NCBI GenBank assembly: GCA_041234785.1
Contig: JBEROH010000030.1
Coordinates: 1-46,503 of the forward strand
From: Candidatus Actinomarina sp.
GTDB taxonomy: Bacteria > Actinomycetota > Acidimicrobiia > Actinomarinales > Actinomarinaceae
Reading direction: 5' to 3'
DNA length: 46,503 nucleotides
A model generated the notes under the pieces. The model had not been told where the DNA came from. It saw nothing but the letters and a program-made list of their open reading frames with translations, and made no database searches. Shown one piece after another: positions 19,648 through 27,886 of this stretch. The position numbers were made by a program, and so were the translations under genes. Position 1 is the first letter of the stretch, and the number at the start of each line of letters is the position of its first letter.

Positions 19648-20715
19648 TTATCTTGCTGGAGGTGAGTAGATTAATCCACCTTCTGTCCAACTAGCATTTG
19701 CTGATCCTTCTCTATAAAGTCCAACTGGATTTAAGTTTTTAGAATAAATCTCATCGTAGTTTCCTACTTGTTTAATGACGTTATAGAAAGCATCGGCTGA
19801 TAAGCCCATAACAGTTTGTAGCTGTCCATCGTTCTTACCTGTGAGACGACCCATTTCTGGATTAGCATCATAATCAAATGAATCAACATTTGATCTACCA
19901 ACTCCGTACTCATCAGCAATAAAAGTAGCATAAACTACCCAATTGACGATGTCACCCCATTGGCTATCATTTGAACGATATACAGGACCTAAAGGTTCTT
20001 TCGAGATAGGTGTTGATGGGAAAATTGCCCAATCATTTAATGCACCTTCTGATGCTCTGTTACCTACAAGAGCAGAACCGTCGGTTGTGACGATATCACA
20101 TGCACCAGCTTTGAATTTCTCCATAGCTTCTGCAAATGTTTCAACTGTTTCAAGAACAATGCTTGCAACAGCAAGTCTTGCTCCTTCAGTTATATTTTTC
20201 TCTGTTGTTGTACCAGCATTTGTACACACTTTAAGACCATCAATGTCCTTAAGTGTTGAGGATGCAGATAATCCATCAGCATTTCTACCCATTAACTGTT
20301 GTCCGTCAAAATAGGTAGTTGGTCCAAAGTCAAGACCAAGTTCTGTGTCTCGGCTTTGAGTCCAAGTTGTGTTTCTGATTAATACATCTACTTCTCCTGA
20401 TGATAAAGCTGTAAATCTTTCAGCAGCGGTAAGCGCTGTAAATTCAACTTTACTGTAATCTCCCAAAACTGCTGCAGCTACTGCATAACAATAATCTGCA
20501 TCAATTCCTGTTACAGAACCATCAGCTTGTGTTTCAGAGAAAGCAACTGCAGTTCCAGAGACTCCACATTTAAGGAATCCTCTATCTTTAACTGTATCCA
20601 AAGTTGATTTTGCTTCAACAACTTCAACAGCAGCTTCTTCTGTTGCGGTATCTGTAGCACATGCTACAGCTAATAACGCAAGTACAAGCAGAGAAACGAT
20701 TGCTTTTTTATTCAA
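19648..20715 (-). CDS. aapJ: General L-amino-acid ABC transporter substrate-binding lipoprotein (AapJ/BztA type)
   Basis: Lipobox LAVAC; V..RG.L.CGV, RFTAL.SGEVD.L.RNTTWT.SRD, ISKEPLGP, VGNY.E and W..GGL.Y.PP.R motifs; AAGGAG before a TTG start. Confidence 0.9.
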   Translation of the reverse strand: MNKKAIVSLLVLALLAVACATDTATEEAAVEVVEAKSTLDTVKDRGFLKCGVSGTAVAFSETQADGSVTGIDADYCYAVAAAVLGDYSKVEFTALTAAERFTALSSGEVDVLIRNTTWTQSRDTELGLDFGPTTYFDGQQLMGRNADGLSASSTLKDIDGLKVCTNAGTTTEKNITEGARLAVASIVLETVETFAEAMEKFKAGACDIVTTDGSALVGNRASEGALNDWAIFPSTPISKEPLGPVYRSNDSQWGDIVNWVVYATFIADEYGVGRSNVDSFDYDANPEMGRLTGKNDGQLQTVMGLSADAFYNVIKQVGNYDEIYSKNLNPVGLYREGSANASWTEGGLIYSPPAR

Positions 20716-20771
20716 TGTTTATCTCCTTTTAATTAAAAGTAGACAGCTTCAATAAGAAGCCGACTGATACC

Positions 20772-20800
20772 AATTTAGTACATTTTAAATCTCTATACAA
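20772..20800 (-). promoter_or_regulatory. Putative sigma70-type promoter of aapJ
   Basis: TTGTAT-17 nt-TAAATT; predicted +1 near 20765, at the base of a leader hairpin (20741-20765). Confidence 0.55.
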
Positions 20801-20916
20801 AGTTTATTTAATGAAAAGTTTAAAATATTTTGCAAAATATTAAAATATCGCTAAGAAACTTCTTCTTATTGTCTAAAAGTTCCATTAATATCCTATGTTG
20901 TACATAAGGAGATAAA

Positions 20917-22188
20917 TTGTCGACTACCGTAGTACTCGGAGCTCAATGGGGTGATGAAGGTAAGGGTAAAGTCACAGATTTTTTTGCTTCATCAGCCGAT
21001 TTTGTTGTCAGATTTCAAGGTGGTAATAACGCTGGACATACAATTGTTGTTGGAGAAGACAAAATTGCTTTATCATTAACACCTTCTGGAGTGCTTTACC
21101 CAGATTGTGTTCCGGTAATAGGGTCGGGATGTGTTATTGACTTAGGAGTACTTAAAAAAGAGCTTGAAATGCTAAATACCAAAGGCATCAACACTTCTAA
21201 TTTAGCAATTTCATCTAATGCTCATATAATCATGCCATACCACAAGAAACTCGATGCATTAATTGAACGACATCTTGGAAAGAACAAAATTGGTACAACA
21301 AAGCGTGGAATTGGACCTTGTTATGCTGATAAAATACAGAGGCAGGGTATAAGAATTCAAGACCTACTTGATAAAAAAATATTTGAAGAAAAAGTTAAAA
21401 CCAATTTAGAAGATAAAAATAAGTTATTTACTCGTATTTATAACCAACTTCCAATTGAACTTGAAGAAGTGTTGGAAGAGTTTAATGATTACAGGGAACT
21501 TGTTTCTCAACACATGCAAGACACGTCTCTTCTCATTGCTAATGCAATTAAAGACGAAAAAAATGTTTTGTTTGAAGGGGCCCAAGGCACTCTCCTTGAT
21601 ATTGATCACGGCACATATCCATTCGTTACTAGCTCAAACACTACTTCTGGTTTTGCAGCAATTGGATCCGGTGTTGGTCCATTAAATCTTGAAAAAATTG
21701 TTGGAGTAACTAAAGCATATATTTCTAGGGTAGGTACAGGACCGTTTATAACAGAACAAAAAAATGATATCGGTGACTATTTAATTGAAAAAGGCGCGGA
21801 GTTTGGAACTGTTACCGGAAGAAGACGTCGTTGTGGTTGGTTAGATTTAATTTCATTAAAATACTCGGTAAGAGTCAACTCCTTAACTGAGTTATTTATT
21901 ACTAAACTTGACGTTCTATCGGGGCTTGAAGAACTAAAACTCAGTATTGGTTATAAATTTAATGATGAAATTATATCTGATTACCCTGTACAACAAAGAA
22001 TTCTCTATGATGGCGAACCGGTATATAAAACTATGGAAGGATGGTCAGAAGATATTACTTCCGTAACTAAATTTGAAGATCTACCCTTAAATGCACAAAA
22101 TTATTTAAAAGCAATTGAAGAGTATATAGAAATACCAATTACGTTCATTTCAGTCGGTCCTGAAAGAACTCAAAATATCATTATCTAA
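20917..22188 (+). CDS. purA: Adenylosuccinate synthetase
   Basis: GAQWGDEGKGK, RFQGGNNAGHT, EGAQG.LLD.DHGTYPFVTSS and TVTGR.RRCGWLD motifs; AAGGAG before a TTG start. Confidence 0.98.
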   Translation: MSTTVVLGAQWGDEGKGKVTDFFASSADFVVRFQGGNNAGHTIVVGEDKIALSLTPSGVLYPDCVPVIGSGCVIDLGVLKKELEMLNTKGINTSNLAISSNAHIIMPYHKKLDALIERHLGKNKIGTTKRGIGPCYADKIQRQGIRIQDLLDKKIFEEKVKTNLEDKNKLFTRIYNQLPIELEEVLEEFNDYRELVSQHMQDTSLLIANAIKDEKNVLFEGAQGTLLDIDHGTYPFVTSSNTTSGFAAIGSGVGPLNLEKIVGVTKAYISRVGTGPFITEQKNDIGDYLIEKGAEFGTVTGRRRRCGWLDLISLKYSVRVNSLTELFITKLDVLSGLEELKLSIGYKFNDEIISDYPVQQRILYDGEPVYKTMEGWSEDITSVTKFEDLPLNAQNYLKAIEEYIEIPITFISVGPERTQNIII

Positions 22189-22189
22189 T

Positions 22190-23452
22190 ATGATTGAAAG
22201 ATACGAACATCCAGAAATCAAATATATTTGGGACGATCAAAATAAATTTAATACATGGAAAACAATTCAATCTAAATATGTAGAAACTTTAGAGGATTTA
22301 GACATAGCTCCAGCGGGAATAGCAAAAAAAATTGATGATGTTGAAATAACAAAAGAGGAAGTTTACAAAAAAGAAGAAGTTACCAACCATGACCTTGCGT
22401 CTTTTGTTGATGTCTTACAGGAAAAAGTTGGGGAAGGGAGCAATTGGATTCACTATGGACTAACTAGTTCTGACATCGTTGATACGGCAAATAGTCTGCT
22501 CATCTCACAATCAATAAAAGTAGTTAAAGATTTAATTAACAATCTTTTAGAAGAATTAAAACTCAAAGCAATAAATGAAAAAAATACAAAAATTATTGGC
22601 AGAACGCATGGGGTGTTTGCAGAAGTTACATTTCTCGGAAATATTTTTGGCAATTGGTATCTTGAAATTGAAAGAGGACTTCAGAGAGTGCTCTCAGCAG
22701 AAAGAAATATTCGCATTGGAAAGTTAAGCGGTCCTGTTGGAAACTATTCAGTTGTTACAGAAGATATAGAGCTCCAAACATTAAATAAGTTATCTTTAAA
22801 ACCTGAAATTTTTGCAAGCCAGATTGTAAGTAGAGATAGATATGCTGAAGTAGTTTCTTCAATAGCTATCCTTGCTTCAACTTATGAAAGGGTTGCAACT
22901 AATTTAAGACACTACCAACGTTCGGAAATATCTGAAATGTTTGAACCATTTAAAGAAGGACAAAAAGGGTCTTCTGCAATGCCTCATAAAAAAAATCCGA
23001 TTGGAAGTGAGAGAATCACAGGTTTAGCAAGAATTTTACGAGGTTACTCTATTAGTAGTCTAGAAAACATGGTGCTTTGGAATGAAAGAGATATATCAAA
23101 TTCTTCTGTGGAAAGGATTACACTTCCAGATACATTCCATCTTGTCACCTTTATGACAGCCGAATTAAGCACAATAGTAAAACATTTAGTAATTAATTAT
23201 GAGCAAATTAATAAAAATTTAAAAAAAGCAGAAACGAATTCAATTAGTCAAAAAATATTATCCTTTTTGGTTAAGAATGGTATTGATAGGGATATTGCTT
23301 ATAAAAAACTACAAGAGGAACTTTTTAAAAATTTATCTATTGAAAAATTACAAGATATTCTTGAAAAGGAATTTAATTTAAGTTTTCCAAAATTTCATGA
23401 AGAGGAAAAGTTCAATGGCAATGACTCAGATTTTTTAAGTAAATTTAAATAA
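22190..23452 (+). CDS. purB: Adenylosuccinate lyase
   Basis: MIERY, HYGLTSSD, GRTHG, GSSAMPHKKNP and ERDISNSS.ER motifs. Confidence 0.97.
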   Translation: MIERYEHPEIKYIWDDQNKFNTWKTIQSKYVETLEDLDIAPAGIAKKIDDVEITKEEVYKKEEVTNHDLASFVDVLQEKVGEGSNWIHYGLTSSDIVDTANSLLISQSIKVVKDLINNLLEELKLKAINEKNTKIIGRTHGVFAEVTFLGNIFGNWYLEIERGLQRVLSAERNIRIGKLSGPVGNYSVVTEDIELQTLNKLSLKPEIFASQIVSRDRYAEVVSSIAILASTYERVATNLRHYQRSEISEMFEPFKEGQKGSSAMPHKKNPIGSERITGLARILRGYSISSLENMVLWNERDISNSSVERITLPDTFHLVTFMTAELSTIVKHLVINYEQINKNLKKAETNSISQKILSFLVKNGIDRDIAYKKLQEELFKNLSIEKLQDILEKEFNLSFPKFHEEEKFNGNDSDFLSKFK

Positions 23453-23453
23453 A

Positions 23454-24134
23454 TTGAAAAATTTTAAAAAAAAATTTATTGAAATAAAAGAGGAATTAAA
23501 AGAACTAAATCCAAACAATGAAAATATTGTAGATTCTATAATTGCACCAATTTTTTTTGTTATAGTTTCAAATTTCTTAAATCTAAATCAATCGATATAT
23601 ATAACTGCTTTGTTGCTATTAGTTTTATTAATATTTAGAGCACTAAAAAAGCAGAAAATAAAATATGTATTCTATGGATTCTTAGGATCTCTTTTAGCTC
23701 TCTACCTTGCAAGGATTCAAGGAAGTACCTCTGGTTTTTTTATTCCAGGAATCATCAGAGACGGAGCTATAGCAATTATTGGCTTTGTTTCTGTAATTAT
23801 TGGAAAGCCATTTACAATATACAGCTCAAAAGCTTTTAGAAACTGGCCAAAAAATTGGTATTACCATCCACAAGTTAAGCCTGCCTATACCCGAGTAGCA
23901 TTAATTTGGAGTTTTTATTTACTATTTAAAGCATTACTTCAAGTCTATTTTTTTAATAGCCCCGAAGTATTAGTAATAATTAAACTTGCAACTTCAAATC
24001 AAACAACAATAATTTTATTAATAATTTCTTACATGATTGGTCAAAACAATTTGCAATCTTTAAATGGTCCTAGCGTTGAAGAATTCTTAGAAGAAAAACC
24101 AAAACCTTGGATAAGCCAACAAAAAGGATTTTAA
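23454..24134 (+). CDS. DUF3159-like integral membrane protein
   Basis: Hydrophobic; ..FF.PG, S.....P, AY..V...W pattern of actinobacterial DUF3159. Confidence 0.7.
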   Translation: MKNFKKKFIEIKEELKELNPNNENIVDSIIAPIFFVIVSNFLNLNQSIYITALLLLVLLIFRALKKQKIKYVFYGFLGSLLALYLARIQGSTSGFFIPGIIRDGAIAIIGFVSVIIGKPFTIYSSKAFRNWPKNWYYHPQVKPAYTRVALIWSFYLLFKALLQVYFFNSPEVLVIIKLATSNQTTIILLIISYMIGQNNLQSLNGPSVEEFLEEKPKPWISQQKGF

Positions 24135-24149
24135 AGGTAACATTGAACT

Positions 24150-25370
24150 ATGGACAATTTAATTAGTACTGAATTAACTTCTCTTTCTTTTATGTTGGGG
24201 TTGCTAGTAGGAGTATATTTTATTGTTAGGGTGATTTTATTCCCTGTTGTTAAAAAAATTGCCAAAAAAACTTCTACGCTTATGGACGACCTTTTTGTAG
24301 ATAAAAAATTTTTAAATAGACTTTCTTATTTAATTGTATTTGTTTTTTTTCATATACTTTCTTCCACACCTCTCTTTGATTTAGAAGTTTTAAATTATTT
24401 AGTCGTTGAAAGAATTCTAAACTCTATATTTGCGCTCGTAGTTGGAGCAACGATTCTTGAAGTATTAACAGTGTTAAACAATGTATCTTCTCAAATTGAA
24501 TTTTTAAAGAACAAGCCTATAAAAGGTTATGTCCAAATTGTAAAAATTATTATCACCTCATTCGTTTTTATAATAATTTTTGCAATAATTACTGGCCAAC
24601 CTGTTGCATATTACATAAGTGGTCTTGGTGCTTTAACGGCTGTTTTACTTCTAATTTTTCAAGATACAATTTTGTCTTTCGTGGCATCCGTCCAAATTAC
24701 TCAAAATGACATAATCAAGGTAGGCGACTGGATTGAAGTTCGAGAGTTTGGTGCGGACGGTGATGTGATAGACATTGCCCTACATACGATCAAAGTACAA
24801 AACTGGGATAAAACTGTCACTACAATTCCAACCTCAAAAATTGTTAGTAGCTCTGTTAAAAACTGGAGAGGAATGTCAGAATATGGAGGACGTAGAATCA
24901 AACGATCAATAGCTATTGACATTTCAAGCGTAAAGTTTTTATCACAAGCTGAAATTTTAGAATTAGAAAAACTAGCTCCTCTTAAAAATTACATTGCCCA
25001 AAAAAAGATTGAACTTGAGGAATATAACAAATCAATAGAGCAATCAGCTCATATCTTCGAATTCAGAAAGTTAACAAACATTGGTACTTACAGAGCTTAT
25101 ATTGAAAATTATTTAAAACAGAATGAAAATCTAAACACCGAAACTATGACTTGTTTAGTAAGACAACTCTCATCAACTCCTGAAGGAGTACCAATTGAAA
25201 TTTATACCTTTACAAATACAACTGAGTGGGTCGCTTATGAGAAAATACAGTCAGATATTTTTGACCACTTATTTGCAATCCTTCCAAAATTTGGATTAAG
25301 AGTTTTTCAAAATGGATTGTTAGAAGCTGTGGCTATGAAAAATCTTCCTTTTAATCAATTTGATGAGTAA
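24150..25370 (+). CDS. Mechanosensitive channel, MscS family (YbdG/MscM-like)
   Basis: GLGA.TAVLLL.FQDTIL..VAS.Q, GDWIE...GADG.V.DI.L.T.KVQNWDKT and NWRGM...GGRRIKRS motifs. Confidence 0.93.
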   Translation: MDNLISTELTSLSFMLGLLVGVYFIVRVILFPVVKKIAKKTSTLMDDLFVDKKFLNRLSYLIVFVFFHILSSTPLFDLEVLNYLVVERILNSIFALVVGATILEVLTVLNNVSSQIEFLKNKPIKGYVQIVKIIITSFVFIIIFAIITGQPVAYYISGLGALTAVLLLIFQDTILSFVASVQITQNDIIKVGDWIEVREFGADGDVIDIALHTIKVQNWDKTVTTIPTSKIVSSSVKNWRGMSEYGGRRIKRSIAIDISSVKFLSQAEILELEKLAPLKNYIAQKKIELEEYNKSIEQSAHIFEFRKLTNIGTYRAYIENYLKQNENLNTETMTCLVRQLSSTPEGVPIEIYTFTNTTEWVAYEKIQSDIFDHLFAILPKFGLRVFQNGLLEAVAMKNLPFNQFDE

Positions 25371-26841
25371 AAAATTTTTTAAAAAATATTAACATCAATG
25401 CAATTAATAAACTCATATAGTTGAAATAGTTTCCATACCTACTGTAAAAAGTTACTGAATCGACAGGATAAATAGTTTCTGTTAAAAGAGATGTGGTGAA
25501 CAAGTCTGTTTTTGATATTACGTTTCCTAAATTATTAATGAATGCAGACTTTCCTGTTATAGCAGCATGAACAATTGGTCTATTATTTGATATTGCGTTA
25601 GCTTGCGACATTAATATAAACTGATCAGACATACCACTCTCTCCATAGCTCGCTTGGTTGGTAAGAATAATAATTACTTCAGCACCTTGATTGACACTTT
25701 TTCTAATGTATCTTTGAAAAGAGCCTTCAAAAGAAATGACTGAAGCAATCCTGACCTCATCAAGATACAAAATTTTCTCTCTGTCTCCCCTAATCATGTC
25801 TCTAGGCACTTGTGCCAAAGGAGGAATCCAATCTAAATATTTTCTGAATGGAATATACTCACCAAATGGTACTGGGTGTTGTTTAAGATATTGATCAATG
25901 ACAAGACCTTGCGTATTGATAAATACACCATAATTTTCGAAATTTTCATTGCCTATTGGCCTATCCCCTCCAATCAGAAAATATGAATCGAGTCGTTTTG
26001 CTTCAGTTTGAATTTCACCTAAAACTTCTTTGTGAACTAACGGATCATTATTAAAGCCAGTAGAACTTTCTGGCCAAACAACTAAGTTAACATTTTGATT
26101 AATTTCTTTTGTTAGGTTTAAGTGACTTTCATAAATTCTTTGTCTCTCGTTGGAACATTTATTTTTTGTTCCAGGACAAGGACTGTTGCCTTGAACAATT
26201 GAAATTGTCAAACCCTCTTTTGTAGCATTACTCTTTTCAAAATTAAATAAGTCAACAGTGGAAATTAATAATGGAATTGAGATCAAAAAAACATAGCCTG
26301 TAAAACTTTTTAAAATTCTACCCTTTTTAGATTCTGAAATGAACAACACAAGAAATAAAACAAAGCTTTGAATTATTAATGATAACCCTGACGGCCCATA
26401 AGTTTTAAACAAATTCGGTAATAAGTATGTGCTATATTCTGAATAACTTGTTAACAGCACAGTTGAACTAAATCCCCAAGGAAAACCTCCGAAAGGAAAA
26501 TATGCTCGCATTAAATCAAAAGAACTTATCACACCTATTAGTACAAAAAAATGATTCTGAAATTTATTTTTGAAAAAAACGAAAATAACTCCAAAAACAC
26601 CGTAGGTTAAACCCATTAGGATTGTTAACGGTATCCAAGCCTCATATCCAATTGACTTAATACCAAGCAAAATCACACTATAAGCAATGCTTCCAAAAAT
26701 AAATCCAGAACTAAAGCCATTTTTACTTAAAAGTAATGCTCGGTAAAAAAAATACAATGCTGGAAAGATTAGATACCATAAATTAAATGGAGGGAAGCTT
26801 AAAAAGTAAAGAGCCCCTGCTAAAACAGCACTTATTTTCAT
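25351..26841 (-). CDS. lnt: Apolipoprotein N-acyltransferase (catalytic Cys replaced by Ser)
   Basis: LSFPP, PFGGFPWG, VQGN, VVWPES, Y.K.HPVPFGEYIP, ISFE (normally ICYE/ICFE), and TG.SA motifs. Confidence 0.92.
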   Translation of the reverse strand: MKISAVLAGALYFLSFPPFNLWYLIFPALYFFYRALLLSKNGFSSGFIFGSIAYSVILLGIKSIGYEAWIPLTILMGLTYGVFGVIFVFFKNKFQNHFFVLIGVISSFDLMRAYFPFGGFPWGFSSTVLLTSYSEYSTYLLPNLFKTYGPSGLSLIIQSFVLFLVLFISESKKGRILKSFTGYVFLISIPLLISTVDLFNFEKSNATKEGLTISIVQGNSPCPGTKNKCSNERQRIYESHLNLTKEINQNVNLVVWPESSTGFNNDPLVHKEVLGEIQTEAKRLDSYFLIGGDRPIGNENFENYGVFINTQGLVIDQYLKQHPVPFGEYIPFRKYLDWIPPLAQVPRDMIRGDREKILYLDEVRIASVISFEGSFQRYIRKSVNQGAEVIIILTNQASYGESGMSDQFILMSQANAISNNRPIVHAAITGKSAFINNLGNVISKTDLFTTSLLTETIYPVDSVTFYSRYGNYFNYMSLLIALMLIFFKKFFTHQID

Positions 26842-26877
26842 ATGTTTAATGTTAGTAATTTGAATTTTTGAAAGAAA

Positions 26878-27612
26878 TTAATTTATATTTCTTAGAATTA
26901 CGATAATTCCTGAAAAAATTGAAAAATAAGTTACAGCATTCGCAATAAAATTGTCTGAAAATCTTGAAAAAATTTTACTCGAAGTAGCAAAACCAAATAA
27001 GACAAAAGGTACAAAAACTATAAATAATCTTAGATGATCAAATGTCAGGTTATTGTTAAGAACTAGTAGTACTAAAGTTATTATTATTCCGATACTAAAA
27101 ACACTATTTAATGATGGTCGGAACTCGTCTGATTTTGTCTTTCTATAAAGAAGTGCAACAGGTGGTCCTCCAACAGCAGCTACCATTCCAAATATTCCAG
27201 AAAATGTTCCAGCTAGAAAAGAATTAATAGTCGTTTTGTTTATAACCCAACCAAAAAAAGAAGCTAGCCCGCCTATTAGTACGATGATTCCAACTAGTAA
27301 GGATAGGTATTTTTGGCTTAAGTTTATTAGTAAAAATAGACCAATTGGTCCACCAATTAATCGACCAACTAAAAGAGGTTTAACTTTAGAAAGATTTACT
27401 TTGTCTCTTTCTCTATAAAAAACTTTAAGAGCTAAGGGTAAAGCTAATAGAGATAGAAGTTGGGGAACAAGATTTGGATTTAATTGTACAACAATAGGTG
27501 AAGCGATAACTGCAAAACCAAAGCCAAGCACTCCTTGTACAGCAGAGCTAATAAAAAATAAAAATGCTAGAAATAGAAGTTCATTAATTGATAAATCAAA
27601 AGGTATTGTCAA
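26878..27612 (-). CDS. Sulfite exporter TauE/SafE family membrane protein
   Basis: S.VQG..GFG.A....P and G..SG..G.....GGPP repeats; about 8 TM segments; TTG start overlaps the upstream TGA (TTGA). Confidence 0.9.
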   Translation of the reverse strand: MTIPFDLSINELLFLAFLFFISSAVQGVLGFGFAVIASPIVVQLNPNLVPQLLSLLALPLALKVFYRERDKVNLSKVKPLLVGRLIGGPIGLFLLINLSQKYLSLLVGIIVLIGGLASFFGWVINKTTINSFLAGTFSGIFGMVAAVGGPPVALLYRKTKSDEFRPSLNSVFSIGIIITLVLLVLNNNLTFDHLRLFIVFVPFVLFGFATSSKIFSRFSDNFIANAVTYFSIFSGIIVILRNIN

Positions 27613-27845
27613 CTAAGAGCTTTATCTAATAAACTTAGAATTTCCCCATCTTCAGCATGTCTACCATTTGCAGTTTTGGAATATAGCAATGTGTTATTCA
27701 AATACAATTCAAAAACTCCACCTGAACCAGGAATCAAATTAATAGAACTAACAGCCTTGCCATACTTTTCTAGAATGTCTTCAACCGTACTAACTGCACG
27801 GGGTGTGTAGTTTCAAACTACACAAAATTCGAGTTTGATATCCAT
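27609..27845 (-). CDS. Rdx (SelT/SelW/SelH) family selenoprotein, 78 aa, Sec at codon 11 (TGA 27815-27813)
   Basis: Not in ORF track. Reads MDIKLEFCVVUNYTPRAVSTVEDILEKYGKAVSSINLIPGSGGVFELYLNNTLLYSKTANGRHAEDGEILSLLDKALS*: CxxU, LIPGSGGVFE and LYSK..GR are Rdx hallmarks; downstream SECIS-like hairpin; selA and selB are in the window. Confidence 0.93.
27785..27801 (-). promoter_or_regulatory. Bacterial SECIS element
   Basis: CCGUGC-AGUUA-GUACGG: 17-nt hairpin (6-bp stem, GU-containing loop) starting after an 11-nt spacer from the UGA, the geometry of the E. coli fdhF minimal SECIS. Confidence 0.8.
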
Positions 27846-27886
27846 AATAGAAATACTATCATTAAAAAAATTAAAGGAGATTCAAA

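Noticed and set aside
27570-27611. Readthrough of the second TGA of the selenoprotein, or fusion to TauE
   Set aside because: TauE is in a different frame, the extension hits TAG after 13 codons, and no hairpin is evident.
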